A stretch of DNA of 64,000 nt from Treponema sp. (GCA_031256635.1 JAIRQF010000081.1:458-64457), one strand, 5' to 3'. Shown: positions 1 to 8,582, numbered from the stretch's first letter. Translations and numbers: made by a program. The notes: generated by a model not told the origin, from the letters alone.

Positions 1-484
1 GTTCATTTTCGGAAAAATCCGATAATACCCAGTCATACACGCCTTCACCGCTTCCGGCAGGCCCTCCTTCTCCGGGCTGGCGCGAATCCGGGCGGCCGAT
101 TCCTGTACGCAGCCGCCAAAAGTCCGCGCTGTTAAAACTTTTGTTTATTGAACGAAGGCCGTTATGCCCTCCAAGCCCGCCTGAAAATTTTAGGGAAATT
201 GTGCCAAGAGGAAGTTCCAGTTCATCATGGATAATTATAATTTCTTCAACATTGATTTTAAAAAAAGACGCCGCGGCAAGAACAGAATTACCGGAAAGAT
301 TCATATATGTTTCCGGCATAAGGAATTGATGAGTGTCATGAGCGCAATACAAGCCGTTAAATTTTTTTTGCCATGTAAGAGATGAATAAAAAGGCAGAGA
401 CCGGGCGAGAAGCCTCCCCGCGTTATGTCTGTTTTGCGCGTATCCGGGACCAGGGTTACCCAGAAAAGCAAAAAGTTTAATCAT
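1..484 (-). CDS. pth: Peptidyl-tRNA hydrolase (3' end runs off the window)
   Basis: Not in the ORF track. Manual translation from ATG at 484 gives MIKLFAFLGNPGPGYAQNRHNAG, and later GGHNGLRSI...DFWRLRTGIGRP, the hallmark Pth motifs. Confidence 0.93.
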   Translation of the reverse strand, partial: MIKLFAFLGNPGPGYAQNRHNAGRLLARSLPFYSSLTWQKKFNGLYCAHDTHQFLMPETYMNLSGNSVLAAASFFKINVEEIIIIHDELELPLGTISLKFSGGLGGHNGLRSINKSFNSADFWRLRTGIGRPDSRQPGEGGPAGSGEGVYDWVLSDFSENE

Positions 485-510
485 AACCGGAGTATATAAA
501 AATTCTGATA

Positions 511-549
511 AAAAATAAACCTGACCGCCTTACAAGACGATCAGGTTTA
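511..549 (-). terminator. Rho-independent terminator downstream of the yegP-like gene
   Basis: Minus strand TAAACCTGATCGTC-TTGTAA-GGCGGTCAGGTTTA followed by a T run. Confidence 0.6.
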
Positions 550-554
550 AATAC

Positions 555-672
555 TAGCCGCAGCAAAACTCGGTTAGTTTTACTGCGGCTAAGCAGTTTT
601 TCGGGCTAACGCCCTGCAAAACTGCGATATGTAAAGGAAGCTCTTACAAAACTGAAGTTTTGCAAGAGCCTC
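555..672. repeat. Dispersed triple-hairpin palindromic repeat, copy 1 (REP/MITE-like)
   Basis: 583-672 matches 49095-49184 with 4 mismatches in 90 bp. Three consecutive stem-loops, each carrying AAAACT/AGTTTT. Confidence 0.85.
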
Positions 673-698
673 TATATGTTAACAAAAACTCTTTTAAA

Positions 699-962
699 TT
701 AAGGCGTGTCTGCTTTAGGCGCCGCCGCTTTTTTGGCTTTCGGCTTCGCGGCTTTGGGTTTATCCGCTTTTGGAGCCTTCTCTATAGTATCGTCAACAAT
801 TGCCGCGGCTGGCGCGTTCTTCTGAATGGAAGCGATTCCTTTAAGACATGATTTTTTATCCGGATAGGATTCTCCTACGGCAATGATTTCTCCATTGCCG
901 GCTTTCAGGTTAAAACGAAACTTATTCGATTTATCCTTATATACTGTAAATTTTGCGGGCAT
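699..962 (-). CDS. YegP/DUF1508 family protein with Ala-Lys-Pro-rich tail
   Basis: KFTVYKDK...FRFNLKAGNGEIIAVGESY...CLKGIASI motif. RBS AAGGAG and promoter TTGCAA-17-TATACT upstream. Confidence 0.85.
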   Translation of the reverse strand: MPAKFTVYKDKSNKFRFNLKAGNGEIIAVGESYPDKKSCLKGIASIQKNAPAAAIVDDTIEKAPKADKPKAAKPKAKKAAAPKADTP

Positions 963-1082
963 AATATTCTCCTTAAAATAAATTTAGTTAAAGTATACGT
1001 CCGCCGTTATTATTTTGCAATAAAAAAATATATTTTTATATCCGTTATAATAAAACAGAATGCTACGGCAGCAGATGGTAAT

Positions 1083-1919
1083 TTATAAGTTTTCTTTTTC
1101 TACGTCAAACCGGGTAAAAGTTAAAACAGGCGGCTTGTCCGGAAAATTGTCAGTGCCAAATTCAAACAGATTGGAAATTGTCCTGTCGCTGTACGCGGAT
1201 TTATAGGTTTTTAATCTGACTGCGCCCCGATACTCAACATTTGCTTTTATCGCGTGAGCAAACGGGGGAACGGCGGTCAGAGCAACCCAGCATCCTTCGG
1301 AGGCTTCATCGCTTCTGTCTACAAGGGCAACAGATAAATCGTTCATATCGCTGTCTGATGTAAATGCATAATGCCAAACATAACTGTCACCTGCGAATAT
1401 TTGAGGAGCAAAGCAATCAAAAAGGTTAAAATTATAATTATATCCCCCCGGCTGGCCGTAAATAAGCGTAATTTGTAAAGGCTCCTGCGGTGACGCGAAA
1501 CTTTTTATGGATTTTTCCTCTTCATGGTTATTGGAATTAATTAAGACGAAGGCAATGATCATGGCTATATTAAATAAAATGGAAACCGCAAGCGCCGCCA
1601 TTAAAACGGGAACAGTCTTAACAGATTTCTTTTCCGGTAAATTTAAGGAAGGCACATCATTATCATCCGGTACAATGCTGACTGTTACTGCCTCAGACGC
1701 TTCCGGCTTGTCGTCTGCGGAATATTCAATCTCAGGTTTTCCGTATTTTACAAAAAGCTCCTGAATACTGCGGACACCCAATTTCCGGTATATACGGCCC
1801 TTGTGATAATCGACTGTTGCGTATTTAACATTCAGATTAAAGGATATCTCTTTCGGCGACATGCCTTGTAGCAGCATTTCCAGTATTAATAGTTCGCGGG
1901 CAGTCAAATCATTATGCAT
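1083..1919 (-). CDS. Membrane-anchored LuxR-type HTH regulator with C-terminal extracytoplasmic domain
   Basis: N-terminal LTARELLILEMLLQGMSPKEIS...TVDYHKGRIYRKLGV (LuxR HTH), one hydrophobic helix VPVLMAALAVSILFNIAMIIAFVLI, then about 140 aa of beta-rich C-terminus. Confidence 0.85.
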   Translation of the reverse strand: MHNDLTARELLILEMLLQGMSPKEISFNLNVKYATVDYHKGRIYRKLGVRSIQELFVKYGKPEIEYSADDKPEASEAVTVSIVPDDNDVPSLNLPEKKSVKTVPVLMAALAVSILFNIAMIIAFVLINSNNHEEEKSIKSFASPQEPLQITLIYGQPGGYNYNFNLFDCFAPQIFAGDSYVWHYAFTSDSDMNDLSVALVDRSDEASEGCWVALTAVPPFAHAIKANVEYRGAVRLKTYKSAYSDRTISNLFEFGTDNFPDKPPVLTFTRFDVEKENL

Positions 1920-1966
1920 GATTTAAACATTTTACAGGAATAAATCCAGAAATTCAAAGCAAATTC

Positions 1967-2034
1967 GGGTTTCCTGGGTATTTACATAGGGCTTTCTCGG
2001 TATTTACATAGGCTTTTTTGGGTATTTACATAGG
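1967..2034. promoter_or_regulatory. Three 22-bp tandem direct repeats with invariant core GGTATTTACATAGG; putative operator array
   Basis: Exact 14-mer at 1977-1990, 1999-2012 and 2021-2034, between divergent promoters. Confidence 0.75.
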
Positions 2035-2090
2035 ATACAAAGATTCTCCAATTAAATATATTTTCTTAAACATATTTTTTTGGAGGAATT

Positions 2091-2792
2091 ATGAAACACA
2101 TTGTAAGGATTTTGGGAGTTATCGCCGTATCGGCGTTAACCGTATTCACAATGAGCGTCTGCGATGACGGCGGAAATAAAGGCGCGTCAAAATCAGTTAC
2201 TTATTCCGGTAAAGCGAACGGCGTAACTTACACGCTGTTAATAACAGAAGACGCAAGCAGCAGAGCGGCTTATGAACCGTTGCCTGGGGACAAATATGAG
2301 TTAAAAGCCGGACAAAATAAAAGCACAGGCAGGGTACAGGCAAAATCAAGCGGCACTTTAACGCTTAAACCTGATAAAGATGGAGCTGCGGAATTTAACG
2401 CTACAATATCGGGAAACAACCTTACAAACCTTTCAGGTACTATAACATGGGACAGCGGAGCAACAGATCCAGCGCCAGGTAATCTGGTACCTTCCGGAAG
2501 CAGTAACTTAACTATTATAGGAAGTTGGACTAAGACTGATGGAGTAGATACTGGGTTATTAATTGCAAAAAATGATAATTCTTGGACTTTAAAGTTTAAT
2601 GATGAAACAATCTCTACTGGTGAATGGAATTCGAGCCAATTATTATTTGTATATGATTATGTTGGTAATCCTAATCCTCCAGAAAATTGTAGTGTTAATT
2701 ATTCTATATCAGCAAATGGTAATCAATTAACATTATCTGGCGAGCTTGTGAATTTGTTTGGCGGAACTGAACCTTGGACTAGGGTTAATTAA
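2091..2792 (+). CDS. Putative lipoprotein, paralog 1
   Basis: RBS GGAGG; signal peptide ending FTMSV-C followed by DDGG; Ser/Thr/Gly-rich beta domains. Confidence 0.8.
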   Translation: MKHIVRILGVIAVSALTVFTMSVCDDGGNKGASKSVTYSGKANGVTYTLLITEDASSRAAYEPLPGDKYELKAGQNKSTGRVQAKSSGTLTLKPDKDGAAEFNATISGNNLTNLSGTITWDSGATDPAPGNLVPSGSSNLTIIGSWTKTDGVDTGLLIAKNDNSWTLKFNDETISTGEWNSSQLLFVYDYVGNPNPPENCSVNYSISANGNQLTLSGELVNLFGGTEPWTRVN

Positions 2793-2812
2793 AAAACGGA
2801 ACACAGGATGCA

Positions 2813-2846
2813 AAGCGCACTGGCGTCATGAACCGTCTTTGTACGG
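2813..2846 (+). repeat. 34-bp repeat following lipoprotein 1
   Basis: AAGCGCACTGGCGTCATGAACCGTCTTTGTACGG; 31/34 identical to 3612-3645. Confidence 0.8.
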
Positions 2847-2869
2847 AAAAAAATTACAAGGAGAAATGT

Positions 2870-3613
2870 ATGAAAAACAAAATGAGAATGCTGGGTATTA
2901 TCGCTGTATCGGCGTTAATCGTATTCACAATGAGCGTCTGCGATGACGGCGGAAATAAAGCTCAAACTGTAACGTATGAAGGCTTAGGTTATACGTTAAA
3001 AATAACGGAAAATGCAAACCGGGCTTATTCACCTGTAACAGGAGATAATTACGAGCTAAAAGCGAACGGTAAAACAAGCAAGGGAACCGTAACTGTTAAC
3101 GACGCTGTATTTACCTTAAAGCCTTCAAACTCTGCTACAACATTCACAATTACTATCTCCGGCTCTGCCATATCTGCTATTTCAGGCACTATTACATGGA
3201 ATGACAATACCACGACACCTGTTAGTAACGGCGGTACCTTAACAATCACAAACTTCAACAACATACTTACCAATACAAATTACTATGTCTTTGCGCAGGC
3301 TACTGTGGGAGGCACAATAGTTTTCTTTGCTGTAGATTTTGATTTAACAGAACAAAGCACAAAACCGGGAAAAGTTCCTTCCAGCGGTTCAATAGTCCTT
3401 AATGCGTATGTCGGCGGTGCAGGGCCGTATGGTCCATTTACAGGAAGCGGCACAGTAACAGGCGGTGAATTGGAAAATAGTTTTCAGATATGGGAATATA
3501 CAAGTGAAACTATGGACAGTGCTGTAAGGCGATTCAAAAACAATGTTCCAATAACTTTTACAAACGGCAGCGCCAGTATTAACTTTGCAACACAAATGGA
3601 ACTGGTAGAGTAA
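2870..3613 (+). CDS. Putative lipoprotein, paralog 2
   Basis: Start moved to ATG 2870 (RBS AAGGAG). Same signal peptide and lipobox as 2091..2792, homologous first domain, different C-terminal domain. Confidence 0.8.
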   Translation: MKNKMRMLGIIAVSALIVFTMSVCDDGGNKAQTVTYEGLGYTLKITENANRAYSPVTGDNYELKANGKTSKGTVTVNDAVFTLKPSNSATTFTITISGSAISAISGTITWNDNTTTPVSNGGTLTITNFNNILTNTNYYVFAQATVGGTIVFFAVDFDLTEQSTKPGKVPSSGSIVLNAYVGGAGPYGPFTGSGTVTGGELENSFQIWEYTSETMDSAVRRFKNNVPITFTNGSASINFATQMELVE

Positions 3614-3645
3614 GCGCACTGGTGTCATGAACCGTTTTTGTATGG
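3612..3645 (+). repeat. 34-bp repeat following lipoprotein 2
   Basis: AAGCGCACTGGTGTCATGAACCGTTTTTGTATGG, overlapping the stop codon. Confidence 0.8.
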
Positions 3646-3649
3646 TGCC

Positions 3650-3709
3650 ATTAGTTGTAAGCGCCGCGCTGCATTCGGAGTTGTACGCAAGCGCGGCGCT
3701 TACACTAAT
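3650..3709. repeat. Long GC-rich inverted repeat (hairpin with single-base bulges)
   Basis: ATTAGTTGTAAGCGCCGCGCTGC...GCAAGCGCGGCGCTTACACTAAT. Confidence 0.7.
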
Positions 3710-3721
3710 TAAACGCGATAT

Positions 3722-5905
3722 ATGGATTCCCCCCGTATAAATGCGTTATACTTTATTTATATTACGATGAATCAAAAAGAAAGCGGAAACAGTATAAATT
3801 TTTATAATATTTCCGCGTCCGGCAGGCGCAGCCTGTTGTTCAAGTTTGATCTTGAAAAGAATTTTTCTGCATGGAAATCCTGGCGTACCAATGACGGGCG
3901 TATTCTCCCGAATGTCAGCAGCAGTTTTTCCCAAATAGCAAATCCCTTTGGCAGCGGCAGTTTGATTTTACTTACATCCTTCTTTGACCCTGCCTATGCG
4001 GGAAAATCCTTCGGCGGCTTTGGTATGAGAGCGCCCGTCAATCCTCCTTTGTCCATAAATAATCATACATTTATTGAATTCGATCTTTATTATCCGGACA
4101 GCGCTGTCGGGAAATATATGAGATTCGAAATCTGGTCAACATCATCAGGCGGTGAAGGAAAGCAGGGTGTTAACGGTGTTATGGGAAGCAGCAGAACCCA
4201 AATTTATATCAGAGCATCTGATCTGGACAGTATCGAAATAATCAGATCTGACAGAATTGGTTTTTACGGCGGAGAAACATGGTATAAAAGATCCGTTTAC
4301 GCGGCAGTTCCCGTAACGTCCGGAAACTGGGAATTTATTAATATTGACCTGCACACCGAAATCGGAGCAAAGCTAAACGGCGATCATCTGATGATCGGAA
4401 ATATCAAATTATCCCGGGCAGATATCAGCGAGTCCGATATACCGGACGCGGTTAACATAAAAAGTTTTAAGGATGTTGATTCCATTAAAGGAAAGTATAA
4501 CCCGGATAACGGTTATTTCCTTATCGGTACTTCCGGAACAGGAGCGGTTGAACCTGATTCAATCAGATCGCGTCATTATGAAATTTTTGTTGATAAAAAT
4601 AACCTTACTCCTGACTGCCATATAAGGCCTCCTAAATGGCTGAGGGATGAATATCCCAATTTTATTTTTAAGTTTAACGGCGAAGGAGCTGAGTGGAATC
4701 TTCCCGATGACGCTTATATGGGCATCAGAGACAGCGGCACAAAACACGCCGAATATAAGATACACGGTCACTGTCTGGCATGGACAAATCAGTCGCCTTC
4801 GTGGATGTGGCAGATAATTCCTGAAAATGTTGCGTCCATGCAATGGAGATCTGACAGTCTGTTTTTTACAGGCGGTAATAACGCGACAGGACCGTATATA
4901 AAAGTAAACAAGAATACTGCCCGCAGGCTTTTTTTTAATCATGTTCTTTATGAAATGCGGCACTTTATGACAGCAGACGAAAGATATGATTCAAGCAAAA
5001 AACGGGGCGTAATTCCATTCCACTCATTTAATGTTGTGGATGAAGAGATTCATGAAAGCAGGTACGATTCCATTATTGATGATAAACCTGATGAATGGAA
5101 ATCCGCCATGAAAAATTTATCGTGGCTTATGGCAATGACAGATTCAGATATTGGTGAAACAGAAAATCACTATATTTATCTTCTTTTTAAATACGCTCAC
5201 ATTGCTGTTCCCAACGCGCGGATGGCTGCCAATTACAAAGCATATTTTAACGATTCCCAAATAATTCCCGGATACATGAAGATGGATAATCATGATGACA
5301 ATGGCAGCATTGACGCTTTCATTACCGAAAAACCTCCGGTTCTTGTTTACAATGATTACAGTATTCATGTTTTGAACAGGGCAAAAGTCGCCTATAATAT
5401 GATCAGGGAAATTAATTCCAAATGGAAAAACGATCCTCTCTATGACGGCAGAAATTTAATTGAGTGTCTTGGAATACAGGGGCATGAGATTGTTACTTCT
5501 GTTACAGCCAGTCAGAATCAGCGATCGGCCGCAATGTTTGCAGGTCTCATTGACGAAGGTTTACTTGATTGTATCTGTTACTCCGGCGTTGACATGAGGC
5601 AGCCTTATATCGCGCCCGGAGGAGAAGCCCGCGCTCCGGCTGTTTTAAATCAAAAGCAGGCTGATTCCATTGGTTACCAGTACGCGCTTCTTTTTAAATT
5701 ATTTGAAAAATATAAAAACTACATTGATCATGTGATTATCTGGAGCCAGTTTGGCGCAAGCCTGATGGACAGTTATGTGCCCTTCGATCATGAAAAAATG
5801 GCAAGCCAGGCATATTACGGCATTATGGAACCTGATAAATTCATTGCGGAACATTCCTATTTGGACGGGTTTTTCAGCGGCGAATATGACAAAATAATCT
5901 CCTGA
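3722..5905 (+). CDS. Divergent GH10 (endo-1,4-beta-xylanase-like) protein, possibly catalytically inactive
   Basis: IHGHCLAW, FNVVDE, LVYNDY and LGIQGH motifs in GH10 order; the nucleophile position reads YSGVD. Start may be ATG 3767. Confidence 0.75.
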   Translation: MDSPRINALYFIYITMNQKESGNSINFYNISASGRRSLLFKFDLEKNFSAWKSWRTNDGRILPNVSSSFSQIANPFGSGSLILLTSFFDPAYAGKSFGGFGMRAPVNPPLSINNHTFIEFDLYYPDSAVGKYMRFEIWSTSSGGEGKQGVNGVMGSSRTQIYIRASDLDSIEIIRSDRIGFYGGETWYKRSVYAAVPVTSGNWEFINIDLHTEIGAKLNGDHLMIGNIKLSRADISESDIPDAVNIKSFKDVDSIKGKYNPDNGYFLIGTSGTGAVEPDSIRSRHYEIFVDKNNLTPDCHIRPPKWLRDEYPNFIFKFNGEGAEWNLPDDAYMGIRDSGTKHAEYKIHGHCLAWTNQSPSWMWQIIPENVASMQWRSDSLFFTGGNNATGPYIKVNKNTARRLFFNHVLYEMRHFMTADERYDSSKKRGVIPFHSFNVVDEEIHESRYDSIIDDKPDEWKSAMKNLSWLMAMTDSDIGETENHYIYLLFKYAHIAVPNARMAANYKAYFNDSQIIPGYMKMDNHDDNGSIDAFITEKPPVLVYNDYSIHVLNRAKVAYNMIREINSKWKNDPLYDGRNLIECLGIQGHEIVTSVTASQNQRSAAMFAGLIDEGLLDCICYSGVDMRQPYIAPGGEARAPAVLNQKQADSIGYQYALLFKLFEKYKNYIDHVIIWSQFGASLMDSYVPFDHEKMASQAYYGIMEPDKFIAEHSYLDGFFSGEYDKIIS

Positions 5906-6059
5906 TTGGTTAAAAATAATCTGACTAATTTTATTTTTTTTGCTTGTTTTTCCGTATATTATACAGTAGAATTTTTTCAGTAGCTCGTTGAGCTATGCTT
6001 TTGGATAAAAAATTCCATGAATTTTTTATCCAGGCTAAAACAGATTTTGAGAGGTTTTT

Positions 6060-6455
6060 ATGAAAGGTGGAATTGGCAGTCTTATTTTGAAGATCGGTGT
6101 CATTGTGTATCTGGCTGTGAACGGAATTTTTGCGTTTTTAGGTCAAGGCGACTTCCAGATTATTTTTTCAAGGTTAGGTATAAGCGGTACATTTTTAACC
6201 GTTTGCGTGATTGTTTTTGGTATTTTAGCGCTTTTGGCGGCACTCGGTACATTATTGGAAATGTTCGGTATTAAATACAAAATTTTAAATACGCTGCTTT
6301 TTGTTGTCGCGATCATTTGGGCTGTATACATTGTTGTTCAAATTATTTCCTGGATTACTCATGGCTTTGGGGATCCGTTGGGATATTTACAGAAATTCGC
6401 GGTGCATACAATCGTCTTTGCAACACTGTTGATTGAAAGCGAAAAATTCAGCTGA
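6060..6455 (+). CDS. Hypothetical integral membrane protein (about 4 TM)
   Basis: RBS GAGG; four hydrophobic segments. Confidence 0.75.
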   Translation: MKGGIGSLILKIGVIVYLAVNGIFAFLGQGDFQIIFSRLGISGTFLTVCVIVFGILALLAALGTLLEMFGIKYKILNTLLFVVAIIWAVYIVVQIISWITHGFGDPLGYLQKFAVHTIVFATLLIESEKFS

Positions 6456-6474
6456 GTTTCTCATTATTAAAATG

Positions 6475-6512
6475 AAAAAAAAGCGCATGACTGAAAAGCC
6501 ATGCGCTTTTTT
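6475..6512. terminator. Bidirectional rho-independent terminator
   Basis: A8-GCGCATG-loop-CATGCGC-T6 between convergent genes. Confidence 0.8.
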
Positions 6513-6532
6513 ATTATAACCATGGTTGAATT

Positions 6533-7609
6533 TTAATTTCCGTCCGGATTTGAAACCGCAAAAAACGCCGGTTTTGGCTTCATATCTCCGTCGAACAAGC
6601 ATGGGTTCCCGACGGACTTCCAGCTATTTTTGTCATCCATTCCCCAGAACGTTACCCTGACTATTTGATCCCTGTATTCCCTGAAAAGACGAAAAAGCGC
6701 CGCGTAAAGATTCGCCTGCGCCTGTGCCTGCTGTTCAGGCATAACAGAATTTCTGTTAACTCCCCATTCACTTGAATTTGTCTGCCGCGATTCAACATCT
6801 AGTTCGGTTATGGAGATTTCAACTCCTATCCCTTTAAATAACTCAAGAGAAGATCGCACATCATTAACATTCAACCAAAGTCCGTAATGTCCCTGCATGC
6901 CGATTCCGTCAATTAAATTGCGTGTGTTGCCTTCCGCTTTATACTTGTCATTTATCTCTTTAACCATGTTTCTGACAGCTGCCGCCTTATTCCGGTTATT
7001 AAGACCGTAGTCGTTATAATAAAGAATGATATTGGGATCCGCTTCGCGCGCTGTTCTGAATGCCAGTTCAATGAAGTCAGGTCCAAGCGTTCTGTACCAG
7101 CCGCTGTTGGTCCGCAGGCAGCTTCTCCAATCCGAAGGATCGGTAATATTATCCCCCATTGCTTCGTTTACAACATCCCACGAAACAACTCTGCCTTTAA
7201 AGTGATTCAAAACAGAATTGATATGATTAATCATATTCTCTCTTGCCTCTTCGGGTGTTCCTGCCGTAAACCATGCGCGGGACTGGGAATGCCAGACTAG
7301 AACATGGCCGTGAACCTGCATTCCGTTTTCTCTTGACTTGTTTACCATACGGTCTGCTTCTGTCCACCTGTATTCGCCTCCCTTGTTTGCCGGAGCAAGC
7401 CGCTCGGGTTTCATGTCGTTTTCGCATGTTACAGAGTTAAAATGTTTTTTTAACAGACTAAAATTATCGCCGTCCATATAAGCGGGAGTGATAATATTCC
7501 CGACAAGAAAATCATTTTTATATATTGTTTTAAGGGCTGTCTTATCATCGCAGGCTGTTATGCAGAACATTATCAATGTAAATTGAATTAAAATTATTTT
7601 TTTTATCAT
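6533..7609 (-). CDS. GH10 endo-1,4-beta-xylanase, lipoprotein
   Basis: Lipobox ITA-C; TCENDMKP, HGHVLVWH, WDVVNE (acid/base), YNDY, GMQGH and ITELD (nucleophile) all intact. Confidence 0.93.
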   Translation of the reverse strand: MIKKIILIQFTLIMFCITACDDKTALKTIYKNDFLVGNIITPAYMDGDNFSLLKKHFNSVTCENDMKPERLAPANKGGEYRWTEADRMVNKSRENGMQVHGHVLVWHSQSRAWFTAGTPEEARENMINHINSVLNHFKGRVVSWDVVNEAMGDNITDPSDWRSCLRTNSGWYRTLGPDFIELAFRTAREADPNIILYYNDYGLNNRNKAAAVRNMVKEINDKYKAEGNTRNLIDGIGMQGHYGLWLNVNDVRSSLELFKGIGVEISITELDVESRQTNSSEWGVNRNSVMPEQQAQAQANLYAALFRLFREYRDQIVRVTFWGMDDKNSWKSVGNPCLFDGDMKPKPAFFAVSNPDGN

Positions 7610-7725
7610 GATATTCCCCGTTTGTTTTAATAAATATTATGTTTACAGATGTGACTCTTCCATGTCAAGACAAGAGTTACCGAATGTGACATGACACTTT
7701 ATTTCTGTTACGGTATAATGCCTTT

Positions 7726-8499
7726 ATGAGTAACGAAATGACAACTGCGCGGCTTGATGCTTTTTTCAGAAACCTTCTGGATATTGAAGGTTTTTCATCC
7801 ATGGATGATTCCCAAAACGGAATTCAGATTGATAACGACGGCAGCGCTGTTCATAAAATTGCCTTTGCAGTAGACGCGGCGCTTGAAACATTTGAACAGG
7901 CCACGGCTCTTGGAGCGGGTATGCTCTTTGTCCACCACGGACTTTTTTGGGGAACGCCGCTGAGAATAACAGGTAATCTCAGACGGCGGATCAAGTTTCT
8001 TCTGGATAACAATATCTGCCTTTATGGCGTACACCTGCCCCTCGATCAGCATCCGGCGCTTGGAAACAATGCGGTTATTGCGCAGCTTTTGGGACTTGAA
8101 AATATCGAACCTTTCGGCTCATATCATGGGCGAAAAATCGGGTGTAAGGGAACATTTCCAAAACCTGTAGATATTAACGAAGCGGTAAAAAAAATCACTT
8201 TTATGAACAGGCCGCCCCTGAGCGTCTTCCCGTTCGGAAAAAGCGAATGTAAGAGCGCCGCGGTTGTATCAGGCGGCGCCGCGGACAGCGCGGACGAAGC
8301 TATTGAGGAAGGAATAGATTTGTTTGTAACCGGCGAAAATAAACACAGTATATATCATAAGTGCCTTGAAGGAAAATTAAACATGATATCAGGCGGTCAT
8401 TACAGCACCGAAGTCTGGGGAGTTCAGGCTGTTATGCGTCACTGTATTTCTGAGCTTGGTATTGAAGCCGTGTTTATCGACATTCCCACGGGTTTATAG
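7726..8499 (+). CDS. Nif3-like dinuclear metal centre protein
   Basis: NGIQ, AVDA, VHHGLFW, HLPLD, GHYSTE motifs. Confidence 0.9.
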   Translation: MSNEMTTARLDAFFRNLLDIEGFSSMDDSQNGIQIDNDGSAVHKIAFAVDAALETFEQATALGAGMLFVHHGLFWGTPLRITGNLRRRIKFLLDNNICLYGVHLPLDQHPALGNNAVIAQLLGLENIEPFGSYHGRKIGCKGTFPKPVDINEAVKKITFMNRPPLSVFPFGKSECKSAAVVSGGAADSADEAIEEGIDLFVTGENKHSIYHKCLEGKLNMISGGHYSTEVWGVQAVMRHCISELGIEAVFIDIPTGL

Positions 8500-8582
8500 C
8501 ATTATTATCACAGCTTGACCATGCTTAATTTAAAATTTAAACTGTAGCTGTGTCCAAATCATGATTTAACCGGAGTGCGTTA

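Noticed and set aside
1967-2034. 22-bp repeats as a CRISPR array or plasmid iterons
   Set aside because: Spacers are only 8 bp and similar to each other; no cas or rep gene nearby.
2813-3709. Integron cassette array
   Set aside because: No integrase in the window and no RYYYAAC...GTTRRRY attC core sites in the right polarity.
7650-7697. CRP-like operator upstream of the xylanase (TGTGAC half-sites, GTGACTCTT/AAGAGTTAC)
   Set aside because: Spacing does not fit TGTGA-N6-TCACA; too weak to call.
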